From the NCBI RefSeq assembly GCF_001564455.1, contig NZ_CP011391.1:1770001-1802000 (forward strand): a stretch of 32,000 nt of DNA, in the 5' to 3' direction. Positions 7,367 to 14,933 of the stretch are shown here, piece by piece; the first letter of the stretch is position 1; each line of letters begins with the position of its first letter. Both the position numbers and the translations under genes were made by a program. This stretch comes from Faecalibaculum rodentium (lineage in GTDB: Bacteria > Bacillota_I > Bacilli_A > Erysipelotrichales > Erysipelotrichaceae). Under the pieces are notes generated by a model. It was not told the DNA's origin. It worked only from the letters and a program-made list of their open reading frames with translations, and did not search any database.

Positions 7367-9112
7367 CTATTTCTTCCGGTTCTTCAGGACGAGCAGCACA
7401 ACCAGGATCACGGCTGCGGCGGCAGCCAGTCCGATATACAATGCGCTGTCTGTGTTCGTGGATGTATCTGTGCCGTTTGTGCCCGTGGTACCTTTCTTTG
7501 CCTTTGCATACCAGACGGTCATGGTCGCATCCTTGTCGGCTGTGCCCGTCAGGCTGCCATCGGTCTTCACATAGGTATAGCCCTTGATGTCCGGCTTGTC
7601 AAAGCGTGTCACATCATAGGCGCTGCCGGTGCGGACTTCCACCACGTTGGCGTAGTGCAGTTCTTTGTTTGTGCCTTCTTCCAGGTACTGGATGCGGATC
7701 TTCACATCCTGCACCGGCAGGGCCTTCCAGACTGCATTGTACTCTGCCCCGCCGGTGACGGTGGCCGCCACCTGCGGGTTCCAGCCCTCAAACTCATAGC
7801 CTTCCCGTACAGGAGCCTCCGGCTGAGGGGTTGCATCGCCGTATCCGGCTGTGAATTCCTTCACCACGGATCCTTCACTGCGGTAGACGATCTTGTACTC
7901 GTCTTTTGTGAAGGCGGCTGTGAGCGTCAGGTCTCTGTCGGCTGTAGCCGGGACATTGGTCCATCCCGTAAAGGTATACCCGGTTTTGACCGCCTTGGGC
8001 AGCGTGGATTCATCAATGGCCGATCCCTTCACCACGGTGATCGGTGCAATCTCCTGGTCGCCGCCCGCAAAGGAGATGGTGACCATGTCCACCGCCTGGG
8101 GTTCGTCAGGCAGAGCTTCCAGCTTCGCGGTGTAGACCGCGTTTTCTGTCACATTCGTCCGGATCTCCGGGTCCCAGCCCTTGAAGACGTATCCATCCGG
8201 AACGCTGACATCCGGTGCCTGGGGTGTGGGCTGTCCTTCCTGCACGGTATCTGTACGGATGACCTGTCCATCCATCTCCCAGCTGACGGTGTATTCCGGC
8301 AGCGGTTCCTTTTCGTAGACTGCGTGAAACTGCTGCGATGCATCGGCTGTGGCTGGAATTTCCGGGTCCCAGCCCTTGAAGACGAAGCCTTCTTTGGCCG
8401 GCTCTGCAATGGCAGATGCATCCACAGCCTCTTTGGCCTTCACGGTCAGCACCTGGGCAGGCTGTCCGTTTTCCGGGTCAAAGGTGAGTGTCACGTTTCG
8501 TACACCATCTCCCTGCGCCTGGGCCGTTTCCTGTGTCCACTTCGGATACAGGTACAGGTTCTGTTCGGCTTTGGTTCCCTCTTTCAGGTCCCAGCCGTCA
8601 AAAACGTATCCGTCCTTTCCGGGGTCCTTTTCCGGCAGCTGAATCTTGTCTCCTGCCTTGACTGTTTCCTGAGAGAACACCTTGCCGGGTGCCTGATAGA
8701 AGACAATGTCATAGTTACCATCGTCCTTGTCTGCATCCAGATACAGATTATCTGTATCCAGGGACACGTCCGTGTCCTCCAGCGTCAGCTTTGTTCCCTC
8801 TTTTTTGTCCTTTTCAAACCAGACTTCTCCCAGGTCTGCTTCAAAACCCTTGTCCGGCCGGTGTTTCATCACGAATGTCTGCAGATCCTCCATGGCCAGA
8901 TAGGTCATGCCTTCTTTGGCATTCTCCTTTTCCATGGACTTGTACTTCAGTTCTCCCGCGGCTTTTGCAGTGCCGTCAGGATAGATGTATGTCACCTCAA
9001 GGGTATGTTCCTTTGTATCGCCAGCCGGTTTTTCTTCTGCGAATACAGCAGACGGGCCCATGACCGACAGCATGCAGGCTGCGGCTGTGGCAGCTTCCAG
9101 AATTCTGTTCAT
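7367..9112 (-). CDS. Secreted InlB-B-repeat (Listeria-Bacteroides repeat) protein with a C-terminal TM anchor
   Basis: Five repeats carry the GY-x-F-x-GW signature: GYVFDGWD, GFVFKGWDPEIPATADA, GYVFKGWDPEIRTNVTE, GYTFTGWTNVPATADRD and GYEFEGWNPQVAATVTG. The signal peptide ends VFA/EE. The C-terminus is LYIGLAAAAAVILVVLLVLKNRKK with no LPXTG. I prefer the start at 9112, with AAGGGGG 8 nt upstream. Confidence 0.75.
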   Translation of the reverse strand: MNRILEAATAAACMLSVMGPSAVFAEEKPAGDTKEHTLEVTYIYPDGTAKAAGELKYKSMEKENAKEGMTYLAMEDLQTFVMKHRPDKGFEADLGEVWFEKDKKEGTKLTLEDTDVSLDTDNLYLDADKDDGNYDIVFYQAPGKVFSQETVKAGDKIQLPEKDPGKDGYVFDGWDLKEGTKAEQNLYLYPKWTQETAQAQGDGVRNVTLTFDPENGQPAQVLTVKAKEAVDASAIAEPAKEGFVFKGWDPEIPATADASQQFHAVYEKEPLPEYTVSWEMDGQVIRTDTVQEGQPTPQAPDVSVPDGYVFKGWDPEIRTNVTENAVYTAKLEALPDEPQAVDMVTISFAGGDQEIAPITVVKGSAIDESTLPKAVKTGYTFTGWTNVPATADRDLTLTAAFTKDEYKIVYRSEGSVVKEFTAGYGDATPQPEAPVREGYEFEGWNPQVAATVTGGAEYNAVWKALPVQDVKIRIQYLEEGTNKELHYANVVEVRTGSAYDVTRFDKPDIKGYTYVKTDGSLTGTADKDATMTVWYAKAKKGTTGTNGTDTSTNTDSALYIGLAAAAAVILVVLLVLKNRKK

Positions 9113-9226
9113 CAGTTCTGCCCCCTTTTTCTCTACCATAGCCGATAGTCTGTCCCGTTACAACCAATTGAATTCTGAAGGGTGAACCATTGTCTCGTAT
9201 GTCACATGTTTGTAAGCGCATGCATC

Positions 9227-9269
9227 CAAAACAAAATCCGAATGCGGCAGTTTTGCCGCAAAACAAAAT
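9227..9269 (+). promoter_or_regulatory. Direct repeat pair flanking a small hairpin upstream of hxlA (candidate operator)
   Basis: CAAAACAAAAT occurs at 9227-9237 and again at 9259-9269. The two copies bracket the hairpin GCGGCA-GTTT-TGCCGC at 9244-9259, about 100 nt upstream of the hxlA ATG. Confidence 0.25.
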
Positions 9270-9366
9270 TCCAGCCTTTGTTTTTTCGCGAATTTTCCGT
9301 TTTCAGTGGTTCCGGGTTTTGAGGCACCGTATCATGCAGGTACAGACACACAAGGAGGAATGCATT

Positions 9367-9996
9367 ATGAAGCTGCAGGCTGCACTGGATACCCTGACAC
9401 TCGAGGAGTGCCTGGCGCTGCTGGATCACACAAAAGGAGCCGTGGATATCGCGGAAGTCGGCACACCGTTCATCATTGAATGCGGCATGGAACCCGTTCG
9501 TGCGATCAAGGCCGCTCATCCTGAGATCGAGGTGCTCGCAGATGCGAAGATCATGGACGCCGGAGAATTCGAGGCCGACAAGTGCTTTGAAGCCGGCGCG
9601 GATATCGTCACCGTCCTTGGGGTTTCCTATGATGAAACCATCGAAGGCGTGGTGCGGTCTGCGAAAACTCACGGCGGTCAGGTCATGGTGGACATGATCG
9701 GCGTGATGGACCTGGCTGCAAGAGCCCGGGAACTGGACAAAATGGGTGTGGACTACATCTGTGTCCACACGGCATTCGACATTCAGGGCACGGGGCAGAA
9801 AGATCCGCTGGAGGACCTGAAGGTGGTCAATGCGGTGATTGAAAACGCCAGAGCGGCGGTGGCCGGCGGTGTGAAGCTGGCCACAGTGGATGCGATCGCC
9901 GCAGAAAAGCCCGGTGTGATCGTGGTGGGCGGTGCCATCTGCAACGCCGATGATCCCGCAGTCATGGCCACGGCAATGAAAGAGAGAATGAAATAA
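9367..9996 (+). CDS. hxlA: 3-hexulose-6-phosphate synthase
   Basis: The protein aligns by eye along its whole length with Bacillus HxlA (MKLQAALD, EVGTP, VLADAKIMDAG, VDMIG, MGVDYICVHTAFD, AVAGGVKL, VVGGAI). AAGGAGGA lies 6 nt before the ATG at 9367. The 9190 start in the track is an upstream extension with no support. Confidence 0.85.
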   Translation: MKLQAALDTLTLEECLALLDHTKGAVDIAEVGTPFIIECGMEPVRAIKAAHPEIEVLADAKIMDAGEFEADKCFEAGADIVTVLGVSYDETIEGVVRSAKTHGGQVMVDMIGVMDLAARARELDKMGVDYICVHTAFDIQGTGQKDPLEDLKVVNAVIENARAAVAGGVKLATVDAIAAEKPGVIVVGGAICNADDPAVMATAMKERMK

Positions 9997-10556
9997 TGAA
10001 CTACAGGACAATTGCGGAAACCATTGTCAGCGAACTGAACCACACCCTGCTGTCGGTTTCCGACCAGAAGGCCAGGGAGTTCGTGGATCTCGTGGATGCA
10101 GCAGATGAAATCTTCTGTGCAGGAGCGGGCCGTTCCGGATTCCAGATCCGAGGCTTTGCGATGCGGCTCATGCACATGGGCAAAAAGAGCTATGTGGTGG
10201 GTGAAACCTGCACCCCGAACATCACGGAAAACGGCGTGCTGGTGATCTGTTCCGGATCGGGCAGCACGAAGTCGCTGGTCAACCACGCCGGGAAGGCAAA
10301 GAGCGTGGGCGCGAAAATCGCCCTGATCACCATCGATCCGGATTCTCCCATTGCGCAGATGGCGGATGTGGTCGTGGAAATCAGCGCCCCGAGCCCCAAG
10401 TCCGCGAAGGAAGGCGACATCCAGTCCATCCAGCCCATGGGCAGTCTCTTTGAGCAGAGCGAAGGGCTGTTCATGGATGCCTCGATCCTGATGCTGATGG
10501 AGAAAAATCACATGGACAGCGACACGATGTTCGGCCGCCACGCCAACATGGAATAA
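9996..10556 (+). CDS. hxlB: 6-phospho-3-hexuloisomerase (SIS domain)
   Basis: FCAGAGRSGFQIRGFAMRLMHMG, ICSGSGSTKSL, IQPMGSLFEQ and DSDTMFGRHANME closely match HxlB/PHI. The start overlaps the hxlA stop by 1 nt (TAATG). Confidence 0.85.
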   Translation: MNYRTIAETIVSELNHTLLSVSDQKAREFVDLVDAADEIFCAGAGRSGFQIRGFAMRLMHMGKKSYVVGETCTPNITENGVLVICSGSGSTKSLVNHAGKAKSVGAKIALITIDPDSPIAQMADVVVEISAPSPKSAKEGDIQSIQPMGSLFEQSEGLFMDASILMLMEKNHMDSDTMFGRHANME

Positions 10557-10572
10557 GAAAGGATGCAATCTC

Positions 10573-10932
10573 ATGAAGCAGGAAGTCATTGAATACATCG
10601 AAAAGCCCTGGGGATACGAAAAGCTGTATGCGGTGAACGACAGCTACGCCGTGAAGGAAATCGGTTTCAACAAAGGCGCCCGGTGCTCGCTGCAGAAGCA
10701 CGAACAGAAACTGGAACATGCCTATGTGCTCTACGGAAAACTCCAGGTGGAGGAAGACGACGAAAACGGCAATCTCCAGACAAACATCTACACACCGGGG
10801 ATGGTCTATGAGCAGAAGCCCGGATTCCGCCACCGCGTGACGGGTCTGGAAGACAGTGCCATCATCGAGGTCTCCACGCCGCAGCTGGACGATGTGATCC
10901 GGCTGCAGGATGATTATGGCCGGCAGTCCTGA
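10573..10932 (+). CDS. Small cupin-domain protein (type II phosphomannose-isomerase-like cupin)
   Basis: 119 aa with the cupin pattern KPWGYE...SLQKHEQKLEHAYVLYGKL...PGFRHRV. It is the third gene of the hxlAB operon. Confidence 0.65.
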   Translation: MKQEVIEYIEKPWGYEKLYAVNDSYAVKEIGFNKGARCSLQKHEQKLEHAYVLYGKLQVEEDDENGNLQTNIYTPGMVYEQKPGFRHRVTGLEDSAIIEVSTPQLDDVIRLQDDYGRQS

Positions 10933-10959
10933 CGGGCTGAAGGCGTCTGATCAGGAAAG

Positions 10960-10997
10960 GAACACCGCTTGTAGTGAAGAATGCGGTGTTCTTTTTA
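10960..10997 (+). terminator. Rho-independent terminator of the hxlAB-cupin operon
   Basis: GAACACCGC, a 14-nt loop, GCGGTGTTC, then TTTTTAT. Confidence 0.7.
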
Positions 10998-11045
10998 TGC
11001 TGTCACGGGACAGGATGCCGATGGTGGAAGGGCGAGATGGGGTGG

Positions 11046-12152
11046 TTATGCGTTGATTAGGCAGATAAATTTTGATTTGTCTATTTCCTTCTTCTCTATA
11101 GAAAATAGTTTTTGCTTCTCTAGTGGAGGAATAAATATAGTTAGATTTTTATATTTCTCAACATTAAAGTGCTTTTGTGCTGCACCCCCACTTCCCTTAC
11201 TGATCTGTTTTAACCCATGCGGAAAATTCGTATATGCACATAAATAAGTAGGGTCTATCTGGGTCAAATCAGGTTCAACTATGAGCACATCAATTGCATT
11301 GCTACCAGCATACTCTTTGGTTACAACAGCAGCCGTTCCTGGTGCTCCTGATCTTACTACGACGACATCATTTTCTTTAACCTCTGTCTTTTTATTGGAC
11401 TTAGCACCATCTTCTGTGAAGTACACCCAATTCGTATCATTGATGCAAAAAGGTGAAATGTTTAAACCACGAATCGCTTTATATCGTGTTGGGGAAGAAG
11501 AATAGAAACGTGTAGGCTTGATTACAAGGCCTACTTTTACTTTTGCAATACTTTCAACATTTGCGATTGGCCACTCCATTGAATTGTTAGTATCGCCGAA
11601 CATCTCAATAAATCGGGACTGGACTAATTGCTGTAAAGATTGTAATTGTATATTTTTAGCTTCTAAGAGATTGGCTAATAAGTCTAAGCGCTTTACAATT
11701 CTCTTTTGCAATTCATATGGTGGCAACTCAATCGAAAGTGAAGTGAGAGTTTTTTTGTTAAGTGTCACCCCCATAACTGCCTTATTTCCGTATTTCTCCC
11801 AATTTTGGGATAAACACCAATAGTATAAGTAAGAAGGATCAACTTTCTCACTTTTCTTATCTACAAATGCGATAATCGCTTCATTTGTGTACATATTATG
11901 TGTTGTGATAGATACTTTACCTAATGATAGCTTAAAACTCATTACTACAGTATCCTTAGGAATCATCTGTATCTTGGACTTGTCTATAGCCTGTTCGGTA
12001 ATTCTTTCCTTACTACAACTAATATATTTTCCTGAACTACTCAAATCTGATACAGAAAGCCACACGTTAGTCCCATTCCAGTAGTTAGGATTGCTACGAG
12101 AGGGTGTTTTTCCCATCTTCAACTCAAAAAGATCTGTAATCTTATACTTCAT
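11046..12152 (-). CDS. hsdS: Type I restriction specificity subunit HsdS (two TRDs, C-terminal conserved helix truncated)
   Basis: The parts are an N-terminus MKYKITDLFELKMGKTPS, a central conserved region LQQLVQSRFIEMFGD, a second TRD, and IPPLEKQKLF...DKSKF. The protein then ends early (ICLINA*) exactly where the sequence becomes GC-rich. I prefer the ATG at 12152, with AGAGAGG 7 nt upstream. Confidence 0.75.
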   Translation of the reverse strand: MKYKITDLFELKMGKTPSRSNPNYWNGTNVWLSVSDLSSSGKYISCSKERITEQAIDKSKIQMIPKDTVVMSFKLSLGKVSITTHNMYTNEAIIAFVDKKSEKVDPSYLYYWCLSQNWEKYGNKAVMGVTLNKKTLTSLSIELPPYELQKRIVKRLDLLANLLEAKNIQLQSLQQLVQSRFIEMFGDTNNSMEWPIANVESIAKVKVGLVIKPTRFYSSSPTRYKAIRGLNISPFCINDTNWVYFTEDGAKSNKKTEVKENDVVVVRSGAPGTAAVVTKEYAGSNAIDVLIVEPDLTQIDPTYLCAYTNFPHGLKQISKGSGGAAQKHFNVEKYKNLTIFIPPLEKQKLFSIEKKEIDKSKFICLINA

Positions 12153-12168
12153 TAACAAACCTCTCTTC

Positions 12169-12702
12169 TTATCGGGACTGGACAAGTTCATCCAATAGAA
12201 CGAGCAATTGTTTTTCGTTCTCTAGTAATAGTTGCATCAAACTTAGTCTATTAAGTCGTTTAGATTGATCACCTAAACTAGGTATATCGAGTGTAAAAGT
12301 ACCCAATTGATCCTTGGGAACGACTCTGCGACGAGCGGTTGTCCCCCGCAGTTTCTCTTTTATAAAAGTTAAAGCACGAGGGCCATGTAGATATGCTTCT
12401 AAATAGTTTGGATCAATAATGCTCTTTTTAACATCGCACACATCATAAGCAGGGCTCAAGATACCCTCATCCACAATCTTTTGGGAGTACATAACTCCTT
12501 CATCCATAGGAAATCCAAAGACAAATTGCCCTCTCCGCACAACTTTATAATTTGATCGATCTTTGGATGCAATATCCTTTTTAAACCTGTTATTCTGGAG
12601 CATGATTCCATTTTTGGAAGTCATTGATAGAACGGGTAAGTCTAAATCTCTAGCCCGCTTTACTTTTGCATAGCTGATTAAATCACCCAATTCATGCCAC
12701 AT
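12169..12702 (-). CDS. Single-TRD HsdS fragment (probable silent or decayed specificity cassette)
   Basis: 177-aa ORF with one TRD and a conserved region (LGDQSKRLNRL...LLDELVQSR). It stops exactly where SRF-x-E-x-F should continue. A degenerate conserved-region remnant and two in-frame TAG codons lie upstream at 12703-12783. Confidence 0.6.
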   Translation of the reverse strand: MWHELGDLISYAKVKRARDLDLPVLSMTSKNGIMLQNNRFKKDIASKDRSNYKVVRRGQFVFGFPMDEGVMYSQKIVDEGILSPAYDVCDVKKSIIDPNYLEAYLHGPRALTFIKEKLRGTTARRRVVPKDQLGTFTLDIPSLGDQSKRLNRLSLMQLLLENEKQLLVLLDELVQSR

Positions 12703-12797
12703 AGCTATACCTCTGTATAAACATGAGAACTATTTCTTCTATCCACTGCTTAAAACACTTCCAAACACCATATCGGGATTTGAATCTATCAGAGTTT

Positions 12798-13793
12798 CTA
12801 TGAAATATATTTCTGGTGGCTGATCTTCACATTGTTCTGGTTCACCATTGCGTACTGCATGGTGGTATCTATTTTGGTATGACCTAATAATTGCTGAACC
12901 TGTTCAACAGGCATCCCTTTATCAATGGCTCTGGTTGCCAGTGTTCTCCTGAATTTGTGCGGATGTACTTTCTTGATTCCCAGCTTTCTTCCCAGTTCCC
13001 GCAGCCGTATTTCCACTCCACTGATGGCCAATCGGTTGTGGGGATTGAGAAGAGACACAAAAAGTGCTGGATTCGCATCATTTCTTGAATCTAGATAGTT
13101 TTTCAAATGGATCTTGGTTCTTGCATCAAAATAAACCGGTCGTTCTTTGCTTCCTTTGCCAAAAACAATACATTCCCGATTATCGAAATCAATATCCTCA
13201 ATATTCAGCTTGACCAGCTCTCCCACCCGCATACCTGTGGATGCCAGAAGATCTATCATTGCCAGATCCCGAATATTTGATGCGTTGTCCCTTAGTATTT
13301 CCAGGTTTTCATCTGAATACGTTTCTTTTACTGTCTTTGGGGTTTTGATTTTATGAATTCTTCGAACTGGACTCTTTAAAATGTAGCTCTCGTCTTCAAG
13401 CCAGGAAAAGAAGGTGGACATAATTCGCCGAATGTTATCGATGTTGGACTTGCTGCAATTATTGATAGTCTGATAATCGGATAAATACTGTCTTAAGTCT
13501 TCCGTTGTAATGTGAGTAACGGAGATATCAAGAACAGAAAGCATTTTTCGAATGGTGGCCTTGTAGTATTTCAAGGTTTTGGCGCTGCATCCTTCTATAC
13601 TCTTGGCGGTGATAAATAGATCTAAGTAATCTTCATTTGACTTCTTGTCAGCATCACTTATTTGCGATTCTGATTCTTTTACATCCACACGGTAAAAACA
13701 ATGATTCAAAACCTTCTGCAATTGCTGGAGCTGGTAATTATTCAAAACAGGAAGCATTTCACGGGTGATATCTGCAATCAGTTGCTGTTTCAT
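12798..13793 (-). CDS. Tyrosine site-specific recombinase (XerC/D-like integrase)
   Basis: There is an N-terminal SAM-like core-binding domain (TLKYYKATIRKML...ITTEDLRQYL). Catalytic motifs are GMRVGEL (R), HPHKFRRT (H-x-x-R) and LGHTKIDTTMQY (H...Y). GAAGGAG lies 5 nt before the ATG. Confidence 0.9.
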   Translation of the reverse strand: MKQQLIADITREMLPVLNNYQLQQLQKVLNHCFYRVDVKESESQISDADKKSNEDYLDLFITAKSIEGCSAKTLKYYKATIRKMLSVLDISVTHITTEDLRQYLSDYQTINNCSKSNIDNIRRIMSTFFSWLEDESYILKSPVRRIHKIKTPKTVKETYSDENLEILRDNASNIRDLAMIDLLASTGMRVGELVKLNIEDIDFDNRECIVFGKGSKERPVYFDARTKIHLKNYLDSRNDANPALFVSLLNPHNRLAISGVEIRLRELGRKLGIKKVHPHKFRRTLATRAIDKGMPVEQVQQLLGHTKIDTTMQYAMVNQNNVKISHQKYIS

Positions 13794-13837
13794 GGGATCT
13801 CCTTCAGAACAATCTGGTTCCTTCTAAATATCCCCAA

Positions 13838-13874
13838 TCGTAAAACAGCATTGTCTCAACCAACAATGCTGTTC
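13838..13874 (-). terminator. Hairpin or weak terminator ending the hsdRMS-accessory transcription unit
   Basis: The minus strand reads AACAGCATTGT, an 8-nt loop, ACAATGCTGTT, then TTACGATT. The stem is a perfect 11 bp but the T-tract is short. Confidence 0.4.
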
Positions 13875-13888
13875 TTGTATACCTGCAT

Positions 13889-14296
13889 TCAGGACATTTC
13901 TTTAAAGCGCTCTACAGCCATTTCCGGATCCAGTGCATGGAAACCGATCCAGCTGGTATTCATGGTTTCAGCATCTGCCTGATGGTAAATGTTTCTGCTG
14001 GATTCTCCTGTCAGATAATGCCAGTAACGATACAAATATCCAGTCCAGTACATCATTTCCTGGTCATATAGAGGCCCATTTCTCTTGAAACCACCAGCTT
14101 CATCACCCAGCTCATCCAGCAGATATTCCTCTCCCATCCATTGCAGCCGGTCATATGTATCATCCAGATGCGATGCCACGGAACTGGTCATAAACGTTCT
14201 GATGAATTCCTGAGAATCGAAACCGGCTTTCACTGAATTTTCAAACAGCCGGCCTTGAATATCACACAGCTGTCTCTGATCCAGACTCAAATCCAT
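13889..14296 (-). CDS. Hypothetical small acidic/aromatic protein, partner of the DUF3990-like gene (possibly DUF3791-like N-terminal half)
   Basis: GGAGGA lies 5 nt before the ATG at 14296 (MDLSLDQRQL...), and the start lies 35 nt inside the upstream gene. The motif LQWMGEEYLLDEL resembles my recollection of DUF3791. The C-terminal half is aromatic-rich (YWTGYLYRYWHY). Its function is unknown. Confidence 0.55.
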   Translation of the reverse strand: MDLSLDQRQLCDIQGRLFENSVKAGFDSQEFIRTFMTSSVASHLDDTYDRLQWMGEEYLLDELGDEAGGFKRNGPLYDQEMMYWTGYLYRYWHYLTGESSRNIYHQADAETMNTSWIGFHALDPEMAVERFKEMS

Positions 14297-14933
14297 TCCA
14301 TTCCTCCACGATTTCATCAAAGTATCTGCCTTCCCGACGATACTTTCTGGCTACTTTTTCCACGAGTTCGATTCCTGCTTTTCTGTTTTTAAAACTCAGT
14401 TCTTTCAAAGCTTCGCATTCAGGTCCATCAATGTATCTTTCTTCAACCACTGATATTTGCGAACACGCCTTTTCTGAAACTGCAACATACTGTTCTCCAA
14501 GTTCCAGCCCCATCAGCGAGTGAATCAGAGCAGCATCCGTAATATCCCCTTGGAAGAAGCGGTCAAGTACAACAAACATCCGGTCATTGGCGATCAGCCC
14601 TTTGATAACATCATACCCACTGACATAGGATTGAATCGCATTATACAGGGGCAGATCCTTATATTTTTCTAGTTTGCCCCTGTAATACGCGATTACTAAT
14701 GCCCAGGTCAAATCTGCCCCCAGTTCCAGCACTCTCAAGTCAGATAAATCCAGCTCAACAGTGTATAGAACTGGACTTTCTTCATTGTGAATCAGTGTTA
14801 GTGGCTGCCAGACGACTGTACCCATGTAGAAACCGGTACCAAAATCGCATTTGTCTCTGCTGATTGGTGCTATGGGACCATTTAAGCCACTACGAGATCC
14901 GTGAAAAAGTCTGATTTTCTCCCCTTTACTCAT
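14262..14933 (-). CDS. DUF3990-like protein with PARP-type H-Y-E (ADP-ribosyltransferase-like) signature
   Basis: The motifs LFHGSRSG, FGTGFYMGT, LYTVELD and YDVIKGLIANDRMF fit the DUF3990 pattern as I recall it (LYHGS / FGKGFY / D-I-V-x-G-P-I-A-D-D). The ATG overlaps the hsdS stop (ATGA at 14930-14933), with AGGAG 8 nt upstream. Confidence 0.65.
   Translation of the reverse strand: MSKGEKIRLFHGSRSGLNGPIAPISRDKCDFGTGFYMGTVVWQPLTLIHNEESPVLYTVELDLSDLRVLELGADLTWALVIAYYRGKLEKYKDLPLYNAIQSYVSGYDVIKGLIANDRMFVVLDRFFQGDITDAALIHSLMGLELGEQYVAVSEKACSQISVVEERYIDGPECEALKELSFKNRKAGIELVEKVARKYRREGRYFDEIVEEWNGFESGSETAV

Noticed and set aside
5766-9148. Long plus-strand ORFs 5766-7295 and 7292-9148, antisense to the M16 genes and the InlB-B-repeat gene.
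   Set aside because: The reasoning is the same as for the other antisense ORFs. The opposite strand carries genes with clear family motifs (HxxEH, GY-x-F-x-GW repeats), and these ORFs have non-protein-like composition.
9190-9366. An upstream extension of hxlA to the ATG at 9190. Similar extensions appear on other track ORFs: 4667, 6073, 9139, 12191, 14320, 21524, 23329, 24208 and 27523.
   Set aside because: In each case an internal start codon has a properly spaced Shine-Dalgarno sequence. It also matches the expected family N-terminus, signal peptide or lipobox. The extensions add unrelated residues.
13174-13180. An inverted copy of the TCCCGAT core on the plus strand inside the recombinase gene, which could have supported an inversion switch.
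   Set aside because: It is only a 7-8-nt match with no flanking similarity to the hsdS conserved regions. A match of that length is expected by chance in about 10 kb on two strands.
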